From an uncultured Chloroflexia bacterium (GTDB lineage: Bacteria; Chloroflexota; Limnocylindria; Limnocylindrales; CSP1-4), in contig CAVTHS010000008.1 of NCBI GenBank assembly GCA_963734535.1, forward strand, positions 384,001 through 448,000: a stretch of DNA of 64,000 nucleotides, in the 5' to 3' direction. Both the position numbers and the translations under genes were made by a program. The notes below the pieces were generated by a model. The model did no database searches and was not told where the DNA came from. It was given only the letters and a program-made list of their open reading frames with translations. Of the stretch, positions 19,775 to 29,914 are shown piece after piece. Position 1 is the first letter of the stretch. Every line of letters starts with the position of its first letter.

Positions 19775-20455
19775 TCAGATGAGGCCCTGGCGGATCGCGT
19801 AGGCGACCGCATGGGTCCGGTTGCGAAGGTCAAGGCGCGACGTCACGTCGTGGATGACGTTCTTCACGGTCCGCTCGGAGAAGTACAGCCGGCGGCCGAC
19901 CTCGGCGGTGTCGTGGCCCTCGGCCAGCAGCCGCAGGACGGCGATCTCCCGCTCCGTGAGGCCGGCGAACGTGAGCCCGCGCGGGTGCAGCACCTGGCGC
20001 TGGAGGCGCCCGACCTGGGACAGGAGCCTGCCCAGGAGATCGGGCGGAAGGGTCCCCTCCCCGACCGCCGCGGCCCGGATCGCGGTGGCAAGGTGGCCCG
20101 CTGTCGCCTGGCTGCGCCTGACCACGCCGCTCACGCCCGCCTCGACCGCCGCGAGCAGCCCGGCGTCGTCGACCTTCGCGACCAGGAGGACCAGGCGCTC
20201 GTGGCCTGCGGCCCGGAGACCGCGCAGCTCGCGGGTCGTCTCCTCGTCCACGTCGTCGGCGACGACCACCATGACCGCGGCGGCCTCGGCGGCGGACTCG
20301 GGGACGACGTCGATTCCGGCCTGGTCGCGGAGGTGGGCCGCGAGGCCGGCGCGCGACAGGGGGTCGGCGCTGGCGATCGCGACGGCGATGCGGTCGACCC
20401 GGGCCGCCAGCGCCGCGGCGGTGGGACGGATGGAGATCGGCGCGGCGGTCAACAT
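19775..20455 (-). CDS. LuxR/NarL-family regulator with degenerate receiver domain
   Basis: C-terminal LTERE..VLRLLAEG.DT.EV...L..SERTVKN..H....L.LRNR.HAVAYA HTH; N-terminal DPLSRAGL receiver-like fold without a clear canonical phospho-site. Confidence 0.9.
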   Translation of the reverse strand: MLTAAPISIRPTAAALAARVDRIAVAIASADPLSRAGLAAHLRDQAGIDVVPESAAEAAAVMVVVADDVDEETTRELRGLRAAGHERLVLLVAKVDDAGLLAAVEAGVSGVVRRSQATAGHLATAIRAAAVGEGTLPPDLLGRLLSQVGRLQRQVLHPRGLTFAGLTEREIAVLRLLAEGHDTAEVGRRLYFSERTVKNVIHDVTSRLDLRNRTHAVAYAIRQGLI

Positions 20456-20800
20456 CTCGATGGCCCCTTCCCCCTGCGCCGCCGCGGCAGTCCCGTTCCG
20501 GACCGGATCTCGCGACGAGCGCGACAAGGGTGCGCCTGCGGCACATCCGGGCACTTAACGCCGGCATAACGGGCCGCTCTTCGGGCACTCGTCAGGGGTC
20601 GGGCGGACGCCGCCTGCGCGGGCCGGTTCCACGGGACGCCGTGATACGGAGTCCCTCGTGACCTTCCGGTCAGGCGCGCGCTGACCGGGTCCGCCGGGAC
20701 GACGGCCGCCTGATCGGGCAGCCGAACCTGCCCGACGGTCGTCGCGTGAACCGACACGGATGCTGGCGCGGCCCGAGCGCGGCCCCTACACTCCGCCACC

Positions 20801-22066
20801 ATGGGAGCACTCGTCACCCTCGCCTCGAAGGCGCTCGAGGTCGTGCCCGGCTCGGTCGCGTCGTGCACGGTGACCGTCAAGAACACCGGCACGGTCGTGG
20901 ACCAGTTCACGATCGACGTCCTGGGCGACCCTGGCGCGTTTGCCTCGGCCGAACCGCCGGCGCTCTCGCTCTTCCCGGGCGCCGAGGGCACCGCGGTGGT
21001 CACGTTCGCACCTCCCCGCGAGGCCGCCACACCGGCGGGCGCACTCCCATTCGGGATCCGCGCGCGGTCGCAGGAGGATCCGGGAGGCTCGGCGGTCGAG
21101 GAGGGCGTCCTCGCGGTCGGGACGTTCAGCGACACGTTCGCCGAGCTCGTCCCGCGGGCATCCCGCGGCAGCCGAGGCGCGACCCACGAGCTTGCCGTCG
21201 ACAATCGCGGCAACGCCCGCCTCAATGCCTCGATCACGGCCGCGGACCCGGACCAGCTGCTCGGATTCGATGTGCAGCCGCCGGGGCTGGTGGTCGACCC
21301 GGGCACGGCCGGGTTCGCGAAGGTCCGGGTCAGGCCCGCGAAGCGCTTCTGGCGCGGCCAGCCGAAGACGCGACCCTTCAAGGTCGCCGTTTCCGGTGAC
21401 GACGGGCGGCCGATCGTCCTCGACGGCACGATGCTCCAGGAGGCGATCCTCCCGCGCTGGCTCGTGCCGGCGCTCCTGGCGCTGCTCGGCCTGCTCCTCC
21501 TTGCCGCGATCCTGTGGGCCACCATCCTCCAGCCGGCGATCAGGAGCGCCACGACGCAGGCGCTTGCCGATGCCGGGTTCACGCCGATCCCGAGCCTGGC
21601 CTCGGGAGGCGGTGGTGGTGGCGCAAGCCCCGCACCCGGCGGCGGCTCACCATCTCCGGCGGCCTCGCTCGCGCCGGGCGCCTCGCCGAGCCCGGCCGCC
21701 TCGCCGAGCCCGGCCGCCTCGGCCGGCCCTCCCACGCCCACGCCGGCCCCGGTCGGCAACGGCGTGCCGCAGGATGGCCGGCTGGCCGCGGACGGGTCCA
21801 ACCCGCCGTCGGCGAAGTTCACCTCGACCTTCTACATGACGGACCTCGTCTTCGCGAACCCGAACGGCCGGGCCGGGACTCTTCAGCTCCTGCGGGACGG
21901 GTTCGTCCTGATCACGCTGCGGCTCGAGAACTTCCGTGATCTCGACTTCCACTACGTGACCCCGATCGTCATCCAGAAGGGGCAGACGCTGAGCTTCGCG
22001 GCCAGCTGCACGTCGTCCGGTGCGTGCGACCCATCCGTCTACTACTCGGGGTTCGTCCGCCCCTGA
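20801..22066 (+). CDS. CIS-associated membrane protein: tandem Ig-like (COG1470-like) domains, TM helix, Pro/Ser linker, small C-terminal beta domain
   Basis: V.PG......V.V.NTG.VVD.F...V.G, EP..LSLFPG, P.G..PF, LAVDNRGN; TM WLVPALLALLGLLLLAAILWA; C-terminal TDLVF.NP.G..G.L.L. Confidence 0.75.
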   Translation: MGALVTLASKALEVVPGSVASCTVTVKNTGTVVDQFTIDVLGDPGAFASAEPPALSLFPGAEGTAVVTFAPPREAATPAGALPFGIRARSQEDPGGSAVEEGVLAVGTFSDTFAELVPRASRGSRGATHELAVDNRGNARLNASITAADPDQLLGFDVQPPGLVVDPGTAGFAKVRVRPAKRFWRGQPKTRPFKVAVSGDDGRPIVLDGTMLQEAILPRWLVPALLALLGLLLLAAILWATILQPAIRSATTQALADAGFTPIPSLASGGGGGGASPAPGGGSPSPAASLAPGASPSPAASPSPAASAGPPTPTPAPVGNGVPQDGRLAADGSNPPSAKFTSTFYMTDLVFANPNGRAGTLQLLRDGFVLITLRLENFRDLDFHYVTPIVIQKGQTLSFAASCTSSGACDPSVYYSGFVRP

Positions 22067-22091
22067 GGCGGCCCGGGAGCCGGTGACAGGC

Positions 22092-24288
22092 ATGACCTCA
22101 CGCGGCCGCGCCGGCATCGCGGTCGCGGCGTGGTTCGCCCTGGCCATCACCGTGGTGCCGGCACTTGCAGCGGTCACGAGCCAGGGCCGCGGCATTCCCG
22201 GCAGGGGCCCGGCAGCGCCGATCGCGATCTCGCTCGAGCCGGGCGCGAACACCCGGGTGTCGGTCAACGACGACGGATCCCAGCTCCTCCGGATCGCGTC
22301 GGACGAGGCCGCGGTGAGCCCGGACGGCCGCTGGGTCACCTACCGGGCCTCGCTGGTCGGGGCGAACGTCAGGTCGGACAACGTGATGCTCGCGGATCGC
22401 GCGGCGGGGACGACCACGCGGATCTTCCCGGCTACCAGCGCCCCGGTCGCCGGGACACTCGACGGGCCGGTCGGGCCGGTCACGGTCGAGGAGCCGAGCG
22501 TCTCCGGGGACGGCTCGCTCGTGGCTTTCGGGCTGGCCAGCGGCAACCAGACGCCCACGATCATTCTCTGGCGTCGCGAGGGCGGCCTCACGTTCCCGTT
22601 GAGCGGGGCCCTGACCGGGAACGTGCCGGGGCTTGCCAACCTGCGGTACTCGGCGCTCCACCACCCACGGCTCTCGGCCGACGGAAGCGTCCTCGCGTTC
22701 CAGTCGGACGGCTACGCCCCGCTGACCAGACTGGCGGTTGTCACGCCGCTGCCCGCCGGCTTCTACGTCCTCGTGCTGGCGACCGGACAGGTCGAGGCGG
22801 TGAGCGCACCCACGGGCTCGACCACCCCGGGACCGATCGGGCGGCAGTACGGTTCCCTCGCCGTGTCGGGCGATGGCTCCGTGGTCGCATTCGCCTCGAG
22901 CCAGAACCTGCTCCCGCCAGGGGCGGCCGGCGGGGCGAACATCCGAGGCGTCCTGACGTCGATGCAGGTCTGGCGCCGCGATCGGTCCTCGCTGACGACC
23001 ACGCTCGTCTCCGCGGCGGACGGCGCACCGGCGGCCGGGACGAGCGACCACCCCGCCCTCTCGTCGGACGGCGGCGTCGTCGCGTTCGAGTCGGACGCCG
23101 CCAACCTGGTCCCCGGTGACACGAACGAGACCATCGACGTCTTCGCCTGGACGGCCGATGCGGGCGTCCGCCGCATCTCGACCGCCCCCGACGGGACGGA
23201 GGCCAACGATTCCAGCGCGTGGCCTGCCGTGTCAGCCGACGGTCGCTCGATTGCGTTCGCCTCGCGCGCCTCCAACCTCGTGCCGGGCGACACGAACGGC
23301 AACTGCCTTCGCCCAGACGGACCGGGCAACCCCGTTCGACATCTTCGTGGCCGGGCCCGAGACCGACCGGCTGGCGCGCGTCAGCGTCGGCGTCGGGCCG
23401 ACCGAGGCCGATGACACGAGCCTGCGGCCATCGCTCGCCCTGGGGGCCCGCCTCGTCTTCTTCGAGTCGCTGGCGACGAACCTGGTTCGCGGCGACACGA
23501 ACGGCAACTCCGACATCTTCGTCCGGGAGCGGCGCCCCCCGCAGCCGACGCCGTCTCCGTCACCGTCGCCGACCCCCACCCCGACGCCGACACCCACGCC
23601 GATCGTGAAGCCCGCGATCATCGTCTCGCCCAACCCCGTCGACTTCGGCAGCGTCCCGATCGGCACGCTCGGCACGTCGCGGAATGCGTCGATCCTGAGC
23701 GTGGGGACGGGCCCGGCGGACATCGGCGCCATCGCGATCAGCGGCACCAACGCGGGTGACTTCCTGGTCAGCGCAAACCCGTGCACGGGGACCAGCCTGG
23801 CGCCGGGAGCCTCGTGCGTCATCGGGATCCTCTTCATCGGCACGGCGACCGGGACACGGACGGCGATTCTCTCGGTGGCCTCGAACGCAGGACCCCCCGA
23901 GACCGTCCCGCTCGTCGCCGCGGTCGGCGTTGGCATCCTCCGCCTCGACCCCGCGACCGGCCCGACCGGCACCGTCACGATCGCAACGGGCGCCGGCTTC
24001 CCGGCGAACGCGCCGGTCGTGCTCACCTGGTCCGTCGGGATCACGCCCACGCCTCTCCAGGCGATCTTCACCGACACGAACGGTTCGTTCACGGCGCAGG
24101 TCCTGGTGCTGCCGAAGGATCGCGAGGGGCCCCGGACGCTCAGCGCCGTGGCCACGCTCTCCGGCGTCCCGGCGCCACCCGCGACCGCGCGCTTCCTCGT
24201 CGTCGCCGGGACGGCAGCGCCGCCCGTCAGCGGCCTGATCCAGGTCTTCCGCGACTCGTTCGGCCAGCCGATCATCCTGCGCCGGTGA
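22092..24288 (+). CDS. Secreted TolB/PD40-like beta-propeller + PT linker + choice-of-anchor-D/Ig-like domains; frameshift near 23300
   Basis: Signal-peptide-like N-terminus; repeats P.LS.DG..VAF.S.A.NLV.GDTN...D.F. The repeat continues in the frame of ORF 23116..24288 (DIFV...RVSV...NLVRGDTNGNSDIFVRE), then P.PVDFG.V..G and C....LAPGASC. Confidence 0.75.
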
Positions 24289-24373
24289 GCGAAGACCGCG
24301 TGGCCGCGCCATCCCCCACCGGGTGGGCTACGCTGCATCCGACGAGCGAGCGATGGAGGCGAACGCCAGCAGG

Positions 24374-25738
24374 ATGATCTGCGCGAAATGCGGCACGCAG
24401 AATGCGGCCGGGGACGCCTTCTGCGGCAGCTGCGGCGCGTTCCTCGAGTTCGCGGCCGAGGAGGCCGGCTCGCCCGGGACCGCGGCAGCCGAACCGCAGC
24501 CCGGGGCGTCCACGTCCGCGCAGGCCGCGCTCCCGACGGCGGCCGCGCCGACGCCGATGGGCGCTGCGCCGGCCGTGGACGCTCCCCCACCCGCCCCGCA
24601 GGCCCCGGCACCGGTCGCAGCCTCCGTGCCCGCGGTGGCGCCGTCGCTGGCGCCGTCGGGTCCCACCTGCCCGGCCTGCGGCCGTGCCAACCCAGCGGGT
24701 CGGACGTTCTGCATCTCGTGCGGCGAGCGCCTGCCCGCCGCGGGACGGGTGACCACGTCAGGCGCGCGCCCGGGGACGGCATCGCACCCGGCGGGACCGA
24801 TCGCCGCGGCGCCCATCGCAGCGGCGACGCGCCCTACCGCGCCGGCCCCCGTTCCGCCCGCCCCGCTCGCGTCGGCCCCGGCCCCAACGGCCGCTCCTGT
24901 CGCGCCGCCGCAGCCGGCCGCAGCGGCGTGGGAGTTCCCGACGGCGCCCGGCCGGCCGGTCGTTCCGCCGGGCGCCCGGCCCGGTGCCGGACCCGAGACG
25001 CCCGCGCCGGCCACGACCCGGCGCCGCGGCGGGAGCCCGCTCCCGTTGATCGTCGGCGCCGGCGTCCTGTTCCTCGTCCTCGCCGGCGGCGGTGCGGCCG
25101 TCCTGCTCGGCGGGAAGCCAGGCCCGACGGCGTCGGCGCCGGTCGCGTCGGCGCCGGTCGCATCGGGCGGCTCGGCGGCGGCGAGCGCTGCGGTCCCCGG
25201 TGCCTCTGCAGCTGCAGCGTCCGCGGGTGGAGCCTCGTTCGCGCCGTCCGCCGCCCCCGCCACGCTCCCGCCCGGCCCCTCGATCGGGCTGACCCTGACA
25301 GCCGCAACTGCCTCGTCGTCGCTCGCGGGCCATGCCGCATCGGCGGCCACCGACAACGACCCGACCACGGCCTGGAAGACGGGCGGATCGGATCCGTCCG
25401 ACCAGTGGATCGAGATCACGTTCGCGCCCGCCGCCGTGACGCGCGTCCAGCTGTGGAACGGCTGGCAGCGCACGCAGGACTACTTCGCCGGCAACCGGCG
25501 GCCGCGCAACGTCACGCTCCGCTTCGATTCCGAGACACCGATCCCGCTCAAGCTCGTGGACGTGTACGGATCCCAGCGCGTGGACATCCCCCCGGAGCTC
25601 GGGATCGTCGGCGTGACCCGTCTCCGGATCGCGATCCTCGACTGGTACCCGGCGAAGAAGACCCCGGCGGCCGGGAGCCCCACCACGCAGGCCGCGATCA
25701 GCGAGATCCGCCTCTATGGCATCCCGATGACACCATGA
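24374..25738 (+). CDS. Second CisA-like protein: two zinc ribbons, Pro/Ala linker, TM helix, C-terminal discoidin/NADase-type glycan-binding-like domain
   Basis: MICAKCGTQN..GDAFCGSCGAFLEF; CPACGRANP.GR.FCISCG; TM LIVGAGVLFLVLAGGGAAVLL; ATDND..TAW...QWI...V..V.LWNG.Q......NRRP...AISEI. Confidence 0.8.
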   Translation: MICAKCGTQNAAGDAFCGSCGAFLEFAAEEAGSPGTAAAEPQPGASTSAQAALPTAAAPTPMGAAPAVDAPPPAPQAPAPVAASVPAVAPSLAPSGPTCPACGRANPAGRTFCISCGERLPAAGRVTTSGARPGTASHPAGPIAAAPIAAATRPTAPAPVPPAPLASAPAPTAAPVAPPQPAAAAWEFPTAPGRPVVPPGARPGAGPETPAPATTRRRGGSPLPLIVGAGVLFLVLAGGGAAVLLGGKPGPTASAPVASAPVASGGSAAASAAVPGASAAAASAGGASFAPSAAPATLPPGPSIGLTLTAATASSSLAGHAASAATDNDPTTAWKTGGSDPSDQWIEITFAPAAVTRVQLWNGWQRTQDYFAGNRRPRNVTLRFDSETPIPLKLVDVYGSQRVDIPPELGIVGVTRLRIAILDWYPAKKTPAAGSPTTQAAISEIRLYGIPMTP

Positions 25739-28700
25739 GCAGGCGCGAGTTCCACGTCTCGTCCGAGGCCCGGGCCCGCTACCGCCTGAACGAGACGCTC
25801 TTCGAGCTGTCGGGGAACGTCATCCTGGCGAACCTGCGAGCGGTCCGGGGCCTGGCCGCGGAGATGACCGCGCGCCGGCGCGCCGATGGCGTGGCCGACG
25901 CGACGATCAGCCCGGGCGAGCTCAACGCGCTCGGCCTCGTCGACGAGATCCTGCACGCCGTCGTCGGCATCTACCGCGAGCAGGAGGATCCGGAGGCGAT
26001 CGACGACGCGCTCGACCACCTCGACGAGGTCCTCGGCGCGGACGCCGTCGACGCGACGCTCGCCCGGTTCACCACGCGGTTTCCGCCGCTGGCGGTCCAC
26101 CGCGGGGAGCTGACGCCCCTCGACTACCTGGCCGGCGAGACCGACGGCACGCCCAACCGGGAGGTCGCCCTCGAGGAGCTCGCCAACTGCTGGCTCGCCA
26201 ACGCGAACCCGGCGGCCGACCCGTTCCGCGAGCTGTTCGATGACGCCGACCTGGCGGCCGCCACGCGTTATCGGGCCGTCATCGCGGAGATCGGTCGCTT
26301 CTTCGCCATGCGGACGCCGTTCGGGCCCCAGAGCCAGGACCTGGTGACGATGCTGCGCGCGCCGGCCGTGGCGGAACCGGCGAGCCTGGGCGGCCAGCTG
26401 CGCTGGATCCGCACCCACTGGGGTGCCTTCCTCGCGGCGGCGCTCGGGGACCGGTTCGGCGCGCTGCTGGACCGGCTGGTCATGGGCATCGACATCGCGG
26501 CCGAGGACGAGCGCGCCCTCTGGCTCCGCTTCCATGGCGGCCCCGGCGGGGGCGCCGCCGCCGAACCACCCGACTTCGGGGAGCTGGATGTGGAACCCGA
26601 GCGATTCTCGGAGGACAAGGCGTGGATGCCGCGCGCCGTCCTCATGGCCAAGAGCACCTACGTCTGGCTGGACCAGCTCTCGAAGTCGTACGGGCGCCCG
26701 ATCGGGCGTCTCGACGAGATCCCCGACGAGGAGCTGGACCGGCTCGCGCGCTGGGGGTTCGGCGGGCTCTGGCTGATCGGGCTCTGGGAGCGCAGCCTTG
26801 CGTCGCAGCGGATCAAGCAGCGCCGCGGGAACCCCGATGCCGTGGCGTCCGCCTACTCTCTGCGCGACTACGCGATCGCGGAGGACCTCGGCGGCGAGGC
26901 CGCCTACTCGAACCTGCGGGACCGCGCCTGGGCGCGCGGCATCCGCCTCGCGTCGGACATGGTCCCGAACCACATGGGGATCGACTCGCGGTGGGTGATG
27001 GAGCACCCGGACTGGTTCCTCTCGCGGCCGGACGCGCCGTACCCCGCGTACAGCTTCAGCGGCCCCGACCTCTCGGACGACCCGCGCGTGGGCGTCTACC
27101 TCGAGGACCACTACTGGGACGCCACGGACGCGGCGGTCGTCTTCAAGCGCGAGGACCGCGGGTCCGGCCACGTGCGCTACGTCTACCACGGCAACGATGG
27201 GACCAGCATGCCGTGGAACGACACGGCGCAGCTCGACTACCTTCGCGCCGACGTCCGGGAGGCGGTCATCCAGACGATCCTGGCCGTCGCCCGGCGCTTC
27301 CCGATCATCCGCTTCGACGCTGCCATGACGCTCGCCAAGAAGCACATCGAGCGGCTCTGGTACCCGGAGCCCGGGCAGGGCGGCGCGATCCCGTCACGCG
27401 CGGAATCGGCGATGTCGAAGGAGGCGTTCGACGCCGCGATCCCCGTCGAGTTCTGGCGCGAGGTCGTGGACCGGGTCGCCGCGGAGGTCCCCGACACGCT
27501 CCTCCTGGCCGAGGCGTTCTGGCTCATGGAGGGCTACTTCGTCCGGACGCTCGGCATGCACCGCGTCTACAACAGCGCCTTCATGAACATGCTCCGGGAC
27601 GAGAAGAACGCCGAGTATCGCCTCGTCGTCAGGAACACCCTCGAGTTCGACCCGGAGATCCTCAAGCGCTACGTGAACTTCATGAACAACCCCGACGAGA
27701 AGACCGCCGTGGAGCAGTTCGGGACCGGCGACAAGTACTTCGGGATCGCCACCGTGATGTCCACGATGCCGGGCCTGCCCATGTTCGGGCACGGCCAGGT
27801 GGAGGGCTTCGCCGAGAAGTACGGGATGGAGTTCCGCCGCGCCTACTGGGACGAGCGCCCGAACGAGGGTCTCGTGAGCCGTCACGAGTGGCAGATCTTC
27901 CCGCTCCTCCACCGCCGCCGGCTCTTCGCCGAGGTCCGCGACTTCCGCCTGTACGACGTCATCGACGACGGCGGCCATGTCAACGAGGATGTCTTCGCCT
28001 ACTCGAACCGGAGCGGCGACGAGCGGGCGCTCGTCGTCTACCACAACCGGTTCGGGTCGATGCACGGCCGCATCCGCCAGAGCGTCGCGTTCGCGGAGAA
28101 GGACGCCGACGGCGAGAAGCGCCTGGTCCGGTCCACGCTCGCGGAGGGCCTGGGCCTGGCCGACGCGCCCGGGGCGGTGGTGGTCTATCGCGACGTGCTC
28201 GCCGGGCTGGAGCACGTCCGCGAGATCTCCGACCTGCGGGCCCACGGGTTCCGGGTGGTCCTCGACGCGTACGCCACGCATGTCTACCTCGGCTGGCGCG
28301 AGGTCGCCGGCGAGGCCGCGGCGGAATACCGGGCGCTCGCCGGCGAGCTGGCAGGCGCTGGCGTGCCCAGCGTCGAGGCGGCCCTCGCCGAGCGGCGCCT
28401 CCGCCCGCTCCACGACGCGGTCGCCATCGTGATGAACGAGGGCCAGCTCCGCGACATCGTCGACGCGGTCGGGGCAACGCTCGCCGGGCATGCCCGCGCG
28501 GCGAAGGCGGTGTCCGGCGCGTTGCCCGCCACGTCGGTCATTCCCGGCGAACCGGGCGGATTCCCGGCGGCATCACCGACGCACCCGGCTCCGGGCGCAT
28601 CGGATGCGTCCGCTTCGGAGCAGGCGCCGGCATCCCCGACCGCGGAGCCCCCGCTCGCCCTCCCCGACCTCGATGGGATCGCGGCGTCGGCCGCGGCGCG

Positions 28701-29485
28701 CTGCGCGGACGCGCTCCGGGGTGCCCGCGCGGTGACGCACGCGGTCGTGGACGACGGGGCGATCGATGCGCTCGCGTCGCGCTTCGGTGCGCGGCTCCGG
28801 AGCGCGCTCCTGCTTGCCACGGACCCGGGCTCTGGTCGCGGGCCCGGCTCCGCCACCGGGGAGCCGGCCGAGGCAGCGGCGCTTGCCCACGCCCGGACGA
28901 ACGGTCGCCGACGCCCTGCCGCCCGACACCGCCACGTGGGGCGCGCTCCTGGGCTGGCTCGTGGCCGATGCGCTCGGCGGCATCCTGGAGCCCGACGACT
29001 CGGCGCGTCGAGCCCGCGGCTGGTTCGACCGGGCGAGCCTGGGCCGGGTGATGGCGGATGCCTACCGCTGGCGCGGGCTCGACGAGGGTGCCGCGTGGTG
29101 GACGGTGGAGGCCGTGCGCCACCTGCTGGCGCGGCCCGGGGACGCGGCCCTCGCCGCTCCCGAGGAGCAGCGGGCCGGCCGGCTGGTCCGGGCATGGTTC
29201 GCGGACGACGATCTGGGCCGCTGGCTCGGCGTCAACCGCCATGACGGAATCGCCTACGTGAACCGCGAATCGCTCGAGCGGGCGCTCCGCTGGATCGTCG
29301 TGGTGGCCGCCGTCGAGGGCGGCCTGGAAGCTGCCGGGGCCAGGGGCGCGGCGGGCAGCGGCGCGACGGGCGTGGATGCGATCGCGCGCGTGGTCGCGGC
29401 CGACGAGCTGAGCGTGCTCCTGGCGCGGGAGGCGGCAGCAGTCGGCTACCAGGTGGGCCGGCTCGTCGAGCACGTCACCCGCTGA
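25735..29485 (+). CDS. Large GH13 alpha-amylase-family glycoside hydrolase; frameshift near 28890
   Basis: GLWLIGLWERS, SAYS..DY, LASDMVPNH, WNDTAQLDY, IRFDAAM (nucleophile), LLAEAFW (acid/base), NFMNNPDE. Family-like C-terminus (W.....LGVN.HDG..Y.N.E) lies in the frame of ORF 28766..29485. Confidence 0.88.
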
Positions 29486-29562
29486 GGCCCGGGCGTCCCG
29501 CGGACGGGGACGTCAGGCGCGGGCGGCCAGTCCAGCATCCCGCGTCGGCGCGCGGGACGGGA

Positions 29563-29823
29563 TCACCGTTCGCGACGACCGCGCGCGGGCTCCCGCTCCT
29601 TGATCTTCGGCTCGTGACCGGGGCGTGGCGGCCGCGGGAGCGTCCCGGGCGCCATGTCCGGCCGGCGCGGCTCGGGGCCCCGCGCGCGCGCCGCCTCGAC
29701 GCTCGTCGCGAACGCCTTGGCGACGGCAGGCGGGAGGCTGCCGATCCATGCGGCCTCGATCTGCTTGACCCGCTCCGTCTCCTCGGCGCGCCGCTCGCGC
29801 TCGCGCTTCGAGTGCTTCGTCAT
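29563..29823 (-). CDS. Small basic hypothetical protein
   Basis: MTKHSKRERERR... 86 aa, GGAG RBS upstream, GC-rich codon pattern. Confidence 0.6.
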   Translation of the reverse strand: MTKHSKRERERRAEETERVKQIEAAWIGSLPPAVAKAFATSVEAARARGPEPRRPDMAPGTLPRPPRPGHEPKIKEREPARGRRER

Positions 29824-29914
29824 CCGTTCCTCTCCTGAGCCGAACCGGTGCGATCGCTGACCGGGGTGAGAGTGTACCGCTCGGGCGCCGATCGGGGCGC
29901 TATCGTTGGATGCG

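Noticed and set aside
23290-23320. Programmed frameshift in the beta-propeller gene (likewise at ~28890 and ~57628)
   Set aside because: No slippery run or family precedent; better explained as indel errors, unlike the chaperone/DUF6760 junction.
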